Shown here in pieces: positions 39,721 through 51,900 of a DNA stretch of 64,000 nucleotides. How positions within the stretch are numbered: position 1 is the first letter of the stretch; each line of letters starts with the position of its first letter. The notes under the pieces were generated by a model. It saw nothing but the letters and a program-made list of their open reading frames with translations, was not told the DNA's origin and did not search any database. A program made the position numbers and the translations under genes. This DNA comes from Haplodiscus bocki (lineage: Eukaryota), in assembly GCA_965655095.1 (NCBI GenBank), contig OZ296652.1:39866001-39930000 (forward strand). The letters are read 5' to 3'.

Positions 39721-40133
39721 AAAACCGTAACTTTGATGGGCGATTTGTGGAAGCCATCCGTGATGATTCCTTTTACTTTCAACCAATTTAGCTTGTCGAG
39801 TCCTGTCGACAGTCGTGGTATGCTTATCTTTTCAATATTGTGTTTCTGCGCGTGTTGCAACATGGCTTCCAATGCTGCACGTAGGGAACTGTACGTCGGT
39901 TTGTTCCAAAATCTGGGCTTGACTATCAAGTGATAAATAAATCTATTCGGAGAAATTTGCTGTGCATAAATTTTTTCTTTCGATGCCTTCGACCCAAACT
40001 CGGGGTACGTGGTTGGGAACGCTTCCCGAACCTGCTTGGCAATACCTGTTGCAAGCTTGAAATCTGATGGAATGCTATGCGCTATTGAGTCTGTGGAATC
40101 AAATAGATTTCCACTCACTTCTACTAATTCGAT
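39721..40133 (-). other. TARG1/OARD1-like (Poa1p-like) macrodomain embedded in Pol between RNase H and integrase
   Basis: SGNLF..DSIAHSIPSDFKLATGIAKQ..RFIYHLIVK..NKPTYSSLRAALEAM..ISIPRLSTGLDKLNWLKV aligns by eye with human OARD1 (KGDLF..DSLAHCISEDCRMGAGIA..YIYYLITK..HKPTYENLQKSLEAM..LSMPRIGCGLDRLQW). Confidence 0.9.
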
Positions 40134-42574
40134 TTTCTTTGATTTTTCTGTTTGGCAGACTATCTGCACGAAGTCAAAACTTTGTTGACTTCTCTCTTCT
40201 TCAACATCTCGAGTATAGGGATGCTGTTCTTGCAATTTTGGCATCATGTGCCCTTTTCGCTGGGTAACTGGTTCTTTTTCCTCGTTCGTGCGAGGACGGT
40301 TTGGCCATCTGTGTCACTTATTTCATTGTTATTTTGCGTTGGTTGTTTTGCTTCTGCACCGCGCGCAGGTGCATTCACCAGGTCCGTGGTAGCGTCTTGG
40401 TTGGGAATCCTAGACATAGAATCCGCGTGTCCAATACTTTTTCCAGTGCGATGGACAATTTCATGTTCAAAAGCTGCTAGTTTTTCGAGCCAACGTGCCG
40501 TTAAACCATCGGGGTCTTTGAAATTATGAAGCCACTGCAAAGTTCTGTGATCAGTGACAATTTGAAATTTTCTTCCTAACAAGTAGTGCTTGAAATGTCT
40601 GGTGAAATTCACAATGGCCAAAAGTTCACGTTTCGATTTGAGCGAGAACGGCAGCCATTGCATGCTGGCTAGCATCAGTATATAATATGAAAGGTTCTCT
40701 CATGCTCGGGAAGGCCAAGATTGGGGCGGAAGTGAGTCTGGGCTTCAGAACTTCAAATGCTTCCCGGGCTTCGGAATGCCAAAGGTAATCCTTTGATTTC
40801 TCGGTCAGTTGATGCAGGGGACGGGCTATTTTCGCAAAGTCTTGCACATATCTTCTATAGTATGAACAGAGGCCTAAAAAGCTTTTGACTTCGGTAGCGT
40901 TCTTTGGTACCGGGTATCTGTTGACAGTGGAGGTTTTATCAGGATCGGCTTGGATGCCTTCACGGCTCACAATATGGCCCAAAAAGGGAACTTTTTGCCG
41001 GAAAAACTCACATTTGGTCGGATTGATTTTGAGATTGGCGTCTTTGAACCATTGAAAAACTTCGCGGAGGCGCTCTAGGTGTTCTTCGATTGTGCGAGAG
41101 AAAATGATGCAATCATCCAAATAAGGAATTGTAAACTTCCAAGTTAGGCCTACAAGTACCTTTTCCATGAGACTCTGAAAAGTGTTTGGACTGCCGGTGA
41201 GGCCCATTGGCATGCGCAGCCATTTGAATGATCCGAATGGTGTACTGAACGCTGTATAGTCCTGACTTGCTTCTTCCATGGGGAGTTGATAAAATCCCCA
41301 AGACATGTCATTGGTAGAGAAGTAACAACTACCTTCCAAAGTGTCAAAGATTTCCTCGATGGATGGTATCGGCCAACAAGACCTAATGGTCTGCTTGTTC
41401 AACTGCCGATCGTCAATGACAAGTCTCAGTTTACCATTATTCTTTGGAACTAACATAGCGGGTGCACTGTAAGGGCTATGGCACGACTCAATGAGTTCAT
41501 GCTCAAGGAAATTGTCCAACTTTTCCTGAAGGTCTGTTTTGAAATGCATTGGCATCCGGCGATTGGGAAGTTTCACCGGAGTTGAACCTGGGTAAACTTG
41601 AAATCTATGTTGTACGAGATCACATTTTCCGATGTCCCATTCATCTTGCGAGAAAACAGCCGAAAAGTCACGGAGCAGCTGCGCAAATTTGGCATGGGAA
41701 CTTTCGTTCATGACTGGCTTCGCTTGGTGGAGGATGCTTTGGTGGTGGAGATCATACTTGGTGATTGCGGTGTGCTTCTGCTTTGACTGAATCGCTACAT
41801 TGTTCTGGGCGAACGTGTCTTGCAGGATGGTGAATGTTCCTAGTGTTGAGCCTTTATAAATCATTCGATCTTCTCCGGGATTAATAATACGTGCTGGGAT
41901 GGCATCCTCTTGAAGTTCGGAAAGAGTGTTGAAAGCCAAGACATTTTGTTTGTCGCAGAAAGATTGTGAAGGTTCAAAGATTCCTGCTTTTGTCAAGAAG
42001 GTGTGATCATCAAGGTCAATCTTACCTAGAATAATCGCTCCGTGACCGGAGGGTATGAAGGATATTTCTCTGGCAACTAGTCTCATGACTGGGTAGTGCC
42101 AGGACTGAACCGGTGCTGTTCGATGGAAAAGGTCTGCGGAGGTACCTCGGTTCAAACGCAACTTCATTTCAGAAAACATAGGATCACACTTGTGTGTCTC
42201 AAGAAAGTCAATGCCTAACAAACACTCAGCTTCAGAAGCTTCAAGGACAAGAAAAGTATGTCGAAAAGTCATTGATGCTATTTTCATTTCAACTGTAACT
42301 TCACCTTTTACTCTAATCTCGCCTTGGTTGGCGGCTAGGAGTCGTCTAGAACATGGTTTCAGAGATAACTGTATCTTTGGAGGAAGACGAACAAACACTT
42401 CGGGGCTCAAACAAGAAACACTGGCGCCTGTGTCACAAACGGCATCTAACGCAATTTCACAGACCGTAACTCGTACGAAAACACTTTTGTCATCCACCAC
42501 TGAGTTCAAACATTCCGTCTTTTGGAGGCTTTTAGAGTTCCCTGCGCAGTTGCGTCGTTGATACGCTGGTGCTT

Positions 42575-43653
42575 TCAGTTTAAATGTTGGCGTCGGGCAC
42601 GGCATTCGTGCCTTAAGTGACCAATTTTGCCACAAGTGAAACATGCTTTGCACTCACGGCTGGAATCGTTGTTTCGGCCACAATGTTTGCATTTTTCGTC
42701 ATCACTACGCTGCGAACTGGAACTTCGGTCTCGTTTGTTGTTTTTGGAGTTATCTGAGAAGCGAACTTTCGAGTTATTCCTCTGATTGTTGCTGTTGCGG
42801 GCGGTGTTCCGCTAGTTGGGCTGATTAGGTTTTTTAAAGTTGGAAAAGTTGTTATTTCGTCTCGGGCCTGGTGAGGGAGACCGATATCGGTTACTATCTC
42901 GACTGTCTGAGCGATCTCTTTGATTGTTCTGGGAAGCATTTCTGTCGGTACGTGAAGACTTAGCCACTGCGTCTTGAATTTCTGTGCGGAGACTACGAAT
43001 TAACTCATTAAAAGTTTCGAGAGGGCTCTCAGTGCTGATATTGTTAACACCAGAATTTTGTAATTTTAAACCGTCAATTTCAAGAAAAGAGTGAGTTTCC
43101 ACTGCTGCTTGCAGTGCGGCGTCAGCATCTGCGGGTTTCGCTTTGCGAACCTCCCACCGAACAGTTGGGTTGGACAAACCAGCAAAAGAAGTGGTCAGAA
43201 GGATTTCGTTGCGGACAGCCTCAACAGGATATGCATTGCGGGCTAAATCTCGCAACTCTCGAAAAAAAGCGGGGATGGTTTGTCCTGGTTGTTGACGGAG
43301 AGCTTTAACTTTAGCTTTGAGTACATCTTGATTAGGAGCTACTGGGCGCGAAAAGCGTGAAAAAGGCGATTCATGTTAGTCTGCTGGGCTCGAGTCAGGG
43401 AGCGATAGAAACTCAAAGCGTCACCACTGAGGCGGGCAGAAAAGAATTGAGGACGCAAGTCACCTGATGGGTGGTTTTCCCAATCAGAAAGAGACGCAAC
43501 GGAATTGAACTGAGTAGCAAAGTCTTCAAAATCAGTGGTGCCATCAAACGGGGCGGGCAAAAGACAAGAGTAATTAGGCATGACTGTGGCACCAGAGGAC
43601 ATACTGGAAGATTGTTGTGATGCCACGTTTGGGGCTTGATCGTCGGGGTCCAT
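42575..43653 (-). pseudogene. gag: gag (capsid plus two zinc knuckles), disrupted
   Basis: PAPFDGTTDFEDFATQF..RLSGDALSFY..ALRQQPGQTIPAFFRELRDLARNAYP; knuckles CKHCGRNNDSSREC and CFTCGKIGHLRHEC. 1-nt deletion near 43340, TAG at 42812, natural TGA at 42575-42577. Confidence 0.9.
42578..42584 (-). promoter_or_regulatory. -1 ribosomal frameshift heptamer U UUA AAC at the gag-pol junction
   Basis: gag ends CAT TTA AAC TGA; the -1 frame reads TTT AAA CTG AAA GCA (pol frame FKLKAP); a GCGT...ACGC stem-loop follows. Confidence 0.8.
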
Positions 43654-43988
43654 AGAAAACAGAAACTAGAAAAAAAATCAAATAGACGTTCGACACATGG
43701 ACATATAATCGAGGATTTCGTTCAATTCATGGGCCTGGTAAAAACAAGTGAAAGGAGTGACACACTGATATTCAATCAAACATGAATAAAGGTAGTTCCA
43801 AGTTGGGGTTTATGGAGGCACAGAAATCAAATCAACATGTGAATGATTATTAGAGGAAGCGAAAGTTGATTATCGGAACCATCGGTACGACAGCGGATCT
43901 CAGTAACGAGTACGGGACATGGACAGCAAGGAGGAATCCATGAAAAAGAAAACGGAACAACAGTAGTTCCAACCATGAAACAAAGAGA

Positions 43989-44627
43989 CTAAGAGTCAAC
44001 AGACCAAAAAAGGTAAAGAACGAAAGAGCAGTTTGAAAACAACAAACAAAGAATACACAAACAAATGAGAAGAATCAAGAGCCGGTCAATAGAGTGTAAG
44101 CGAGCCAAAGTAGGAGAAATAGTGTCAGGAGGGAAATGCATGGCGCTTTCGTAGCTGGGGAGAGGGGTAGCTTGAGCCTGTTCCGGAGGATTTCCAGAGA
44201 CATTAGAAGTGGAGGAATGTACGGTGGAAGAAGAAGACGTGGCAACAGTGGCACTGGTCGAAGGCAAAGCGGATAAGCGCGGAGTTGAGGCGACTGGTTG
44301 GGCCGTTAAGATGTCAGGGTTGTTGTGGACATACAATTCCAAGTAAAGGAGCCAAAGATTTCCGAGGAGGTAGAAGGTGAGCGCATCGTGAACAGAAGAA
44401 TTATTAGTTTCAGTCAAATAAGACCAAGTGGAAGTGCGTGAAAGATGTGACTGGTAGTGCTGATTGAGAAGGACACTGTGAAGAAGTTGCAATGAAGAAG
44501 GGACCGGGCGACCCTAACCAAGAATACAAGAGTATGGATTTTTAGCTCGTGCACACTGACAAAAATAACAGGGGAAGGCAATGACAAAAGGGCCAGAACT
44601 CGTGTGAACAGTGTGGTAAACGGACAT
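43989..44627 (-). pseudogene. ORF0: accessory membrane protein upstream of gag (one in-frame TAG)
   Basis: ATG at 44627 (MSVYHTVHTSSGPFVIAFPCYFCQCARAKNPYSCILG*) is in frame with ORF 43989-44492 across a TAG at 44514-44516. The product has a Ser/Thr-rich region, an LPSY motif and a C-terminal hydrophobic Cys-rich helix. Confidence 0.5.
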
Positions 44628-45353
44628 AGAAACGATTTAATAAGTTAATTTATTTTGGTAGAGAAGCGACGAGAAAGGTTGAAAAACACGGCAGAACGCA
44701 ACGTGACGAACGGACGGCCAGGAAAGAACGTAACGGAAGTAACGGCGACAAAACAAAAAAGGCGGCGGAACGACGAGGACGAAATCGGAGCGTCGTGTAA
44801 AGTGAAAATCCTAAAGGTGGGGGTAGCAAGGCACTGCCGCGACTCCTACACCAAGCAATCTCAGTGTTGAACACCGGAGGGACGCCTAACTTAGTCTAGT
44901 TGGTCACCCATACGGAAGAAATTCACTGGACTGAAATGCTAGATCAAGTGAAAGCAGTTACTCATCAAACGTGTTGATGGACAAACAATAGTATTCTCAG
45001 TGAAATTGCAGGCCGTGACCAACTGATTGAAAAAAGTGCCTTGTCATGGGAACCATACTCCAAGAAGATAAAAATGAAAAAAAAAAAACGAACGCACGGA
45101 TCGGCGCGGGTTAGCAAAAACGGATGGAAGCGCGAAAAGAAAAACAAAAGGTAGTTCGATAAGCGAACTGTTGAAATGAAATCACTTTAAATAGCAGACA
45201 TCGAAAAAACAAAAAGGTGAAAAAAAAATTGAAAACTGCAGCGCTGATGCTGTTTAAGAAAAAATGCTAACGAAAACCAGGCAGAAAAATGTGCTAGAGG
45301 CCAGAGAAAAATTTAGAGGATGCCTGTGGGTGACATTCAAAATGCTAAAAAAA

Positions 45354-45365
45354 TGCCTGTCACCA
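45354..45365 (-). promoter_or_regulatory. Primer-binding site (TGGTGACAGGCA)
   Basis: TGG (complement of the tRNA CCA end) lies 5 nt inside the 5' LTR; similar to a tRNA-Leu 3' end with one mismatch, tRNA identity not established. Confidence 0.6.
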
Positions 45366-45370
45366 TTTTA

Positions 45371-45998
45371 TATAGCGACCCTGCTTTGGGTGCTGTGATT
45401 TTTGTAAGTTGTTTTTTGCTACGAAAGAAATTTTGATACTTGCAAGAAATAAATTAAATAGTTAGGTTAAATAATTAAAACATTAAAAGTTAGGGTTATT
45501 AAATTAAAGCATTTACAGAAGTGAATAAATATAAAACACTAACATTATTGGTTTTCTTCGTGATGTAGAGAGGGGAGAAGAGGAGAAATTTAAGGTTATT
45601 TTTCTTTAAGAAGAGAGAGAGAAGTTAAATATTGCTGTATAGAAGAGCTACTGTTTTGTGCACAAAAAGATTGTTACGATTGTTAAAAGAGAGACGAAGG
45701 AAAAGTGTGTGATGGAAAAACACTCACTAGGTGGCGGCTATTACGAAGATGTCTACTTCACTAATCGTAGCTGTTTACGAGTGATGACTGATATACTTCA
45801 TCACTCGTTTTCTACAACGAACTGCTACGAGGAACGAATTTTTAACGAATTACTCTGATTGTGGTAACGAGAGGTTGACTAATAATGGCCTGGAGAGCCT
45901 GGAGAAAGTGAAGTAAAAATTGAGTACATATTTTACAGAGGTCGCGTACTAAAAGCAAAAAAATGAAAAATATTAAACAGTTTGTGCAGTTTGTTATA
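45371..45998 (-). repeat. 5' LTR
   Basis: Direct repeat of 31558-32185 (about 20 differences counted by eye); element-strand termini TATAACAAA...GTCGCTATA. Confidence 0.95.
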
Positions 45999-48900
45999 CT
46001 ATGAATGATTCATCGTATTTTTAGTTGGCTCTGTTTCAGTAGAAGTGCTCGACTATTACACCGGCTTTAATAATAAGACGGCTTAGTTTCCTTCAAATCA
46101 ATCCCATTTTTGTACACATTTTACGCGAAATTCTTCCTGGTCGTTAACTAGGTGATCTTTGAAGGCGAAACTTTGAACACACGAAAAGCCCCTTCAGATT
46201 TCTCAGCAATTTGAGTTTTTTGGACAAAAAGTGCAATACTTCCTTTTGATACATGTCAATTCTTTAAAATCATATTTCTGATCATCATAGTGTTCCTTAA
46301 AGTTTTGGCATTGGCAGACCAAAACACTTCCGACAAAAAATGTGATTCGGTGTACTTAATAAATCGATTTTTTAAAAAAATCAAATGACCTCCTCCATGA
46401 GTGCTTTCAACCTAAACTCGGGTATTGACAACAGCCATCACGGCGCTCATCGGCTCTTTCCAAATTGCATCATTTTGGCTCTTAAATCTTCAATTGCTTC
46501 ACGTCTGCTAATTTTCTCGGTCTCAGCCAAGGCTTTTCTGAAAGCTTACAATAATTTGATGCTTCCAAGTGGAACTGATTTTTCGAGGTTTTCATTTTCG
46601 TTGTTTACACATTCTGACTGAAGGCAAGAATTTGTATTGTAAACGGCTAATGTCCAGTTGTTAGAGGCGACCAAGTGAAGCGAGTAAGACTTCTATTGTT
46701 GACACTTCTGTCATAGTGACACATTTTTGAACGAAGTGAAAATTTCGTTCCCCGCTTACTGCTTACTTGCAAATTTCCCGCCCAATTTACCATTTCACTA
46801 CATTTAAATCTTCCAATCAAAAATTTTGACCGTTTTTACGTAAGAAACAATATAAATCAGTTAACTAACATTTTTTGAAATTTTGCCAATTTCCGCTGTA
46901 TTAGATGAAACTAGGCGTAAATTATTAATTTTGCAATTTTTACCCGAATTCTGAAATTTTTGCTACCCATATAACTTTAACTTCTGGCTCGGAATTAACT
47001 TTACTCAATTTTTGACCAAAAATGCATCTTTCTGCTGTGGAAAACGCTAATTTGTGAGATTTTTAATGTGAAATTATTGGTAATTCAACAATTTCTGACC
47101 GAATTTCTCCATTTCGGCCCTAATTTTTGCTATTTTAACTAATCAAAACAAATTGCCCAGCCTTCAATCAAATTAGGACGAACGTACAGTTTTTGGAACA
47201 TAATACTCTTTTTGCTGAACGAAAACTTTTTTGCGTTTTTTTAAATACACGAAAATGGCTCATTTCGTTTTTTCGGTACTTTCACTGTTTTGCTTTCTCG
47301 TCTTGGTTTTTAAATACGCATCCAGTATAAATTAATACAAATTTTTGATTTTTGAAGCTTTTGCAAAGGTTTGATATTTGTCAAAAAGGCGTTTCTAATA
47401 ATTGAAAGTCAGCCAGAATTAGCGGATGTCGTAATTATCCCCCGTTTTGGGTACTTTTGCCTGCATATCAACTTCCTAGCTACTTTTGCCAACTAAGCCG
47501 AGACAGATGCACGAAATTGATTTTTGCAAATCCGTTATTTATTCAGGTTTTTTCGGTGGTTTAAAGTAATCGACGAGTAGCTTGTTTTTGATTTGCGGAT
47601 TTTTCGACTTGTGACTTTCAATTCTATTATTCTTCTACAGTTGTTCCAAATTTCTTCTCAATAATGGCATAAAAGTTTGAATTTTCAGAAAACTTTGAGC
47701 AGTTTCAAAAACAGTTATCTCGATAACGGTTCATATGATTTTTCCCCGCATGGCCTCAATCGAAAGCTAAGCGTTGTTAGAGATGATCACATGTAGTTTT
47801 TTCTTGTTCGTTTCGGCTTTGCGAAGAAATTCTTCGGAACTGCCACAAAACCTAATTTGTAGACATCTATCCATTCTGGAAGACTTTTCTTTAACGGATC
47901 TTTGGAATTGTTCATTCCAATATTTTGAATGTTTTCCCCCATAACCGCTCGTTGGATTTTACTCGGTGGGCCATATGTCTCCGGAAGTGACTCAGTCGGC
48001 TCCAGTTTGTAGATAATTTTAAAGTTCTCGAAAGTTTTTTTTTGAAAACACTTGGAAATACAACATGTAACAACTCAGATCGATTTTGTTCTTTCTTTCC
48101 CACTAAATTCCGTTTCGTTATCAAATTATATTTAGGTGCCGGCAGGGTCTAATTTTTTAATCAGACAGTATGACAGGCACTATGCAAACGTCCTAAGCTA
48201 AAGGGACATCAATGACATCAATTTATTAATGTGACACGGTGTGGCAGGTACTCGCTAATTTACGGATTTTTTGTGTAAATCACTTGAACATTCAGTAGCA
48301 AAATGATGAAGTACCCTGAAACAGCTCGAGAACCGCCTGAAGTTGGCGCGCCTATCGGCGGGACACGAAAATTTGTGTGAACCATAGAGGAGTCATGTCT
48401 TCTTTTTTTCTCTCAAAGTGCCGAAAAATTTCAATGTTTCTATGATATTGAGCTCTAAAGCATTACGAAAAACTCGATATTCTTTTTTCGTCATTTGGTG
48501 AAATTCGAAGGATGTTTTCAAAAAGATCGTGATCGCCTAGCAAGGTTTCTCGAAGATCTTAGATGTTTGCGTTTGGGGAAATTTTTCGGAATTTACAAAG
48601 GTGATATCAGTTTTGTTGTGTCACAGTTGCTGAAACTTCGTGGGAGATACCGTTTAGTGTTTCGCAAAAATTTTTCCTTTGCCAGCAAAGCGTTTTATTG
48701 AACGAAAAGTGGGCCGTCCAACGAATAAAAATGGATCGTTTCGAAGCTAGAAAAGTGTCTTGCGAAAAAACTCACTGTAATAGTTGGGCATTTTTCTTCT
48801 GGAAAGTACCGACTAAAACATGACTGATTTATCAAAAATTTGAATCTAAGAGAGTATGGCAAGTACTAGTTTTTTTGCGTTGTTTACTATGCAAAATTCT

Positions 48901-51900
48901 CAAACATTCGGCAGCAAAATAGCGTAAGCTGAAGACATGATTGGCATATCAATTTCCTGAATGAGTGTGACAGGTGTTTGTTTATTTTTGCGTTGTTCAC
49001 TGTGCAAACGTGTTAACACTGAGCAGCGTAACCTAAAAAGGCATGATTGACATGTCAACTTCTTATGTATGGGACCCTCTGACAGGACGACTTTTTGGAA
49101 TAAACTTTTGATTGACAGCTGATGTAGTATTTCTAAAAGTGCCGTCCACATCTCAGATCATGATTTCAAATGTTATTGGGGATCCGTTATCTCGACTGAC
49201 AAGTCAGGATATGTTGCGGAACTCCGTTTCGCCTCTATCGCACATTCTGACTGAAAGGAAAATGGGTATTGTACGTTCATTTTTTGAGTCATCGAAGAGT
49301 CGTCGTTTTGTAGAATGAGCTAGAATGACTTTTTTTGTGAAATTGGGCAGGTAATTGATTATTTGGGCGTGGCGTCCTAAGAAGTCCTAGTTTTTTAAAC
49401 ATTAGCTGAAAATGAAAAACAGCCTTCAAAAAAATCCATGTTCCACATATTAATGTTTTGAGTATCAGTCACTGTGGGTAGTAACTCGTTCATTTGTGTC
49501 GCGTGTTCTGTGCCTATCTCTTAAACGTTGGCCTTTAAAATGGCGAAACTTAAAACAACATGATTGAGAGATCAAATGTTTGAGTATGAGACACTGTGAC
49601 GGGTGCTTGGCTTAATTCGACTTTTTCGCTCATACTTTGATTGCCAGCCGGCGTATTGATTCTCAAAATTTTAATCGTTTTTCCAATAAATGTTTCAATG
49701 GCTCAAGAAGTTTGATGTGAAATGACAAGTCAGAATGTGTTGCGAAGCTCTCATAATTACAATAATTACCCATTTATTTGCATCCTGCAAAAAATTACTA
49801 TTTTCCTGATTTCTAAATTTTTTGTAATAATTCAGATTTTCCATTTGCTGCTTTAAAAAATTTGAAGTGGAAATCGTGCAATTGGCTAGAAGACGTAAAA
49901 AACGCACGCGGCAGGGATAGATTTTTTCCCTGGTATAAAAATGGCGGAAAATAATAATCGATCTTTTGGCAGCATCGAAATTGATATTGGATCGAGGCAT
50001 CTAAGTGGTAAGATATATTTGCAATTTTTGGTATCACTAAGTGAAACTGAAAACAGAAACGATCTGTCTTTACAAATTCGAGCTTTATTAGCAGCTACCC
50101 ACTGACCGGCCAGAAAATGAATTGTGCAGATTATTACTGCATGCAAGAACGTTACAGGCCGCGATCGGCTTGAAAAGCTAAACGAACATAGGTAAAATGT
50201 GTCCCCTTGTGGTCGCAGGTATTTAAAAGGTCGCACAATAAAAATAATCAGGCAAAAGTATCGTTTTAGCAAAATATTTTTTTTGAGATTAGTGAACCAA
50301 ATCAGGAACAGGTCAAAATTCAGTTGTAAAAATAGATAAACTAGTCTCAGTCAAACAACTCCGTGATACTCATCCTAAAGCAACTCCTAACTTACATTTT
50401 ACATTAAATTGACAATGTATTGGTGGTCTAAGCACTGACTTAAATTGAGAAATTCGTCAACGGGTGACTAGACACCGAAGAACAGTCAGGGAAATCCCAA
50501 AGAGCAAATGACTGATCAACATGTTCCATAACCAGTCCTCTTGTTCCCCATCGACTGGCTATCTGCCACGAACCTCGAAAATTCTGGCTACGCAGTTGTT
50601 GCCGATACACGTTCGATCGGGGCAGCATTTGACCAGTTTTATTGTTTTTTAGCATGCTCATTTTTGAAGCTCTGAAATAGACCTGCATTCCTAAACAATT
50701 TTTTGATATTTGGAAATATAACTCGTCTTAACTCCGGAAAGTTCTCATCGTTTCAAATTATTTTTTGCCATAAGTGAAGCCTCGAGTCATCGACAGGTGG
50801 CCCCATGGTAGCAACGAACCGAAAGAAAATTAAAACTTCAGCACGACAAGTTCGATCTTTAAGTGCAAAACAACCCCTTCTGGTTCTTAAGTATAGCTTC
50901 TCCAGGAGATATAAACAATGCTGGCATTTACATTGTGTAACCGTGAAATTCACATCCAAGCACGGAGGTTTTTCACCAAATTCATTCTTTGACCTTTTGT
51001 TTCTTTTCAACCTCTACATTTTTCAATCTATGTTAATACATATTCCCAAGTTTGTGATTAGCATAAATGCAGAACTAAGCACCTACATCAACCATTTGGG
51101 AAAGCTCTGGAATGCGCCTACTTGGGAATGCAAATTAGATCACTACAGTTTTTTCTTGCCGAGTAATAGCTAAACTGTTTTCTCGAATATACATCGGAGA
51201 TTTTGAAACAATTTAGGGAAACCCTGCCCCAGAGTCCCAAAATGACTGATCCTGGAAAACTTTTGGAATTAGCGGAACCAATCAATCCAAAAATGACATC
51301 AGTGCGACCGTCCATTCCAAACAAAGTCGAGTCACACTTTTGAACTCCTAACTCACTCATTCGAAACATGATTCTCCATGCTCCCTTCTTGTGGCTTTTT
51401 CATGGACATCAACATGATCATCACTCCGTTAACTATCTTTTGTATTGTAATTTGTTTTCTCAAAAACACATTAATGTCAGATTCTTGCCAAAGGAAATAT
51501 GTTTCGAAATGAGAGTCAAGTACGCCCTGGATGGAAATGAAACAAGTCTAAAACATAGGCGCTAAAATGCTTAGTGCAAGGCTCGCGAAGGTACTCAACC
51601 TGTAGATTACATCGCTGACCACATGCTTATGCAATGCCATAGAGCATGTAGCAAAACCCGGAGAGATTAGGCGGAGACCAACCAATCGAGATAACAGCGG
51701 AGGTTTAAGGTACCTATCCTAACTTCAAACAAAATTTAGCTCGAACAGAATATTTTGTCATCTCAAAAGTCAGCGAAAGCCAGCCGCTGTTTGGCCAAAG
51801 CCGTCTCAAAGCAGCAAGGTACCAGAAGTTGAGAACTAGGGCGTTAAGTAAAAAAATACGAGTATGGGAATAAGAAGTCTTCCCAAAAAGCCGTGTTTTC

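Larger units (their letters stand above)
36045..42584 (-). pseudogene. pol: pol polyprotein: protease, RT, RNase H, macrodomain, integrase with long Ser/Pro-rich tail; disrupted
   Basis: PR VCDTGASVS; RT MPMGL and YLDD; RNase H ILYTDAS..(internal deletion)..RELLAIV..VTDH..HADSMSR; integrase HSSTTAAH/CLVC, GIDF, TDQGRNFES, IERMNR and WKGPY. Frameshifts near 40630, 40309 and 38290; TAA at 39564. The tail is split by the hAT insertion and resumes (DSPFSSLS...) to the stop at 36045. Confidence 0.92.
31558..45998 (-). mobile_element. Full-length Ty3/Gypsy retrovirus-like LTR element (ORF0-gag-pol[macro]-env-J-domain ORF)
   Basis: Two 628-bp LTRs, 4-bp TSD CTAT (31554-31557 and 45999-46002), PBS, PPT, and Gypsy domain order PR-RT-RH-IN followed by env. 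Confidence 0.97.

Noticed and set aside
45658-45858. 66-aa + strand ORF present in both LTRs
   Set aside because: Its presence in both copies only reflects LTR identity; no recognisable motif, antisense to the element.
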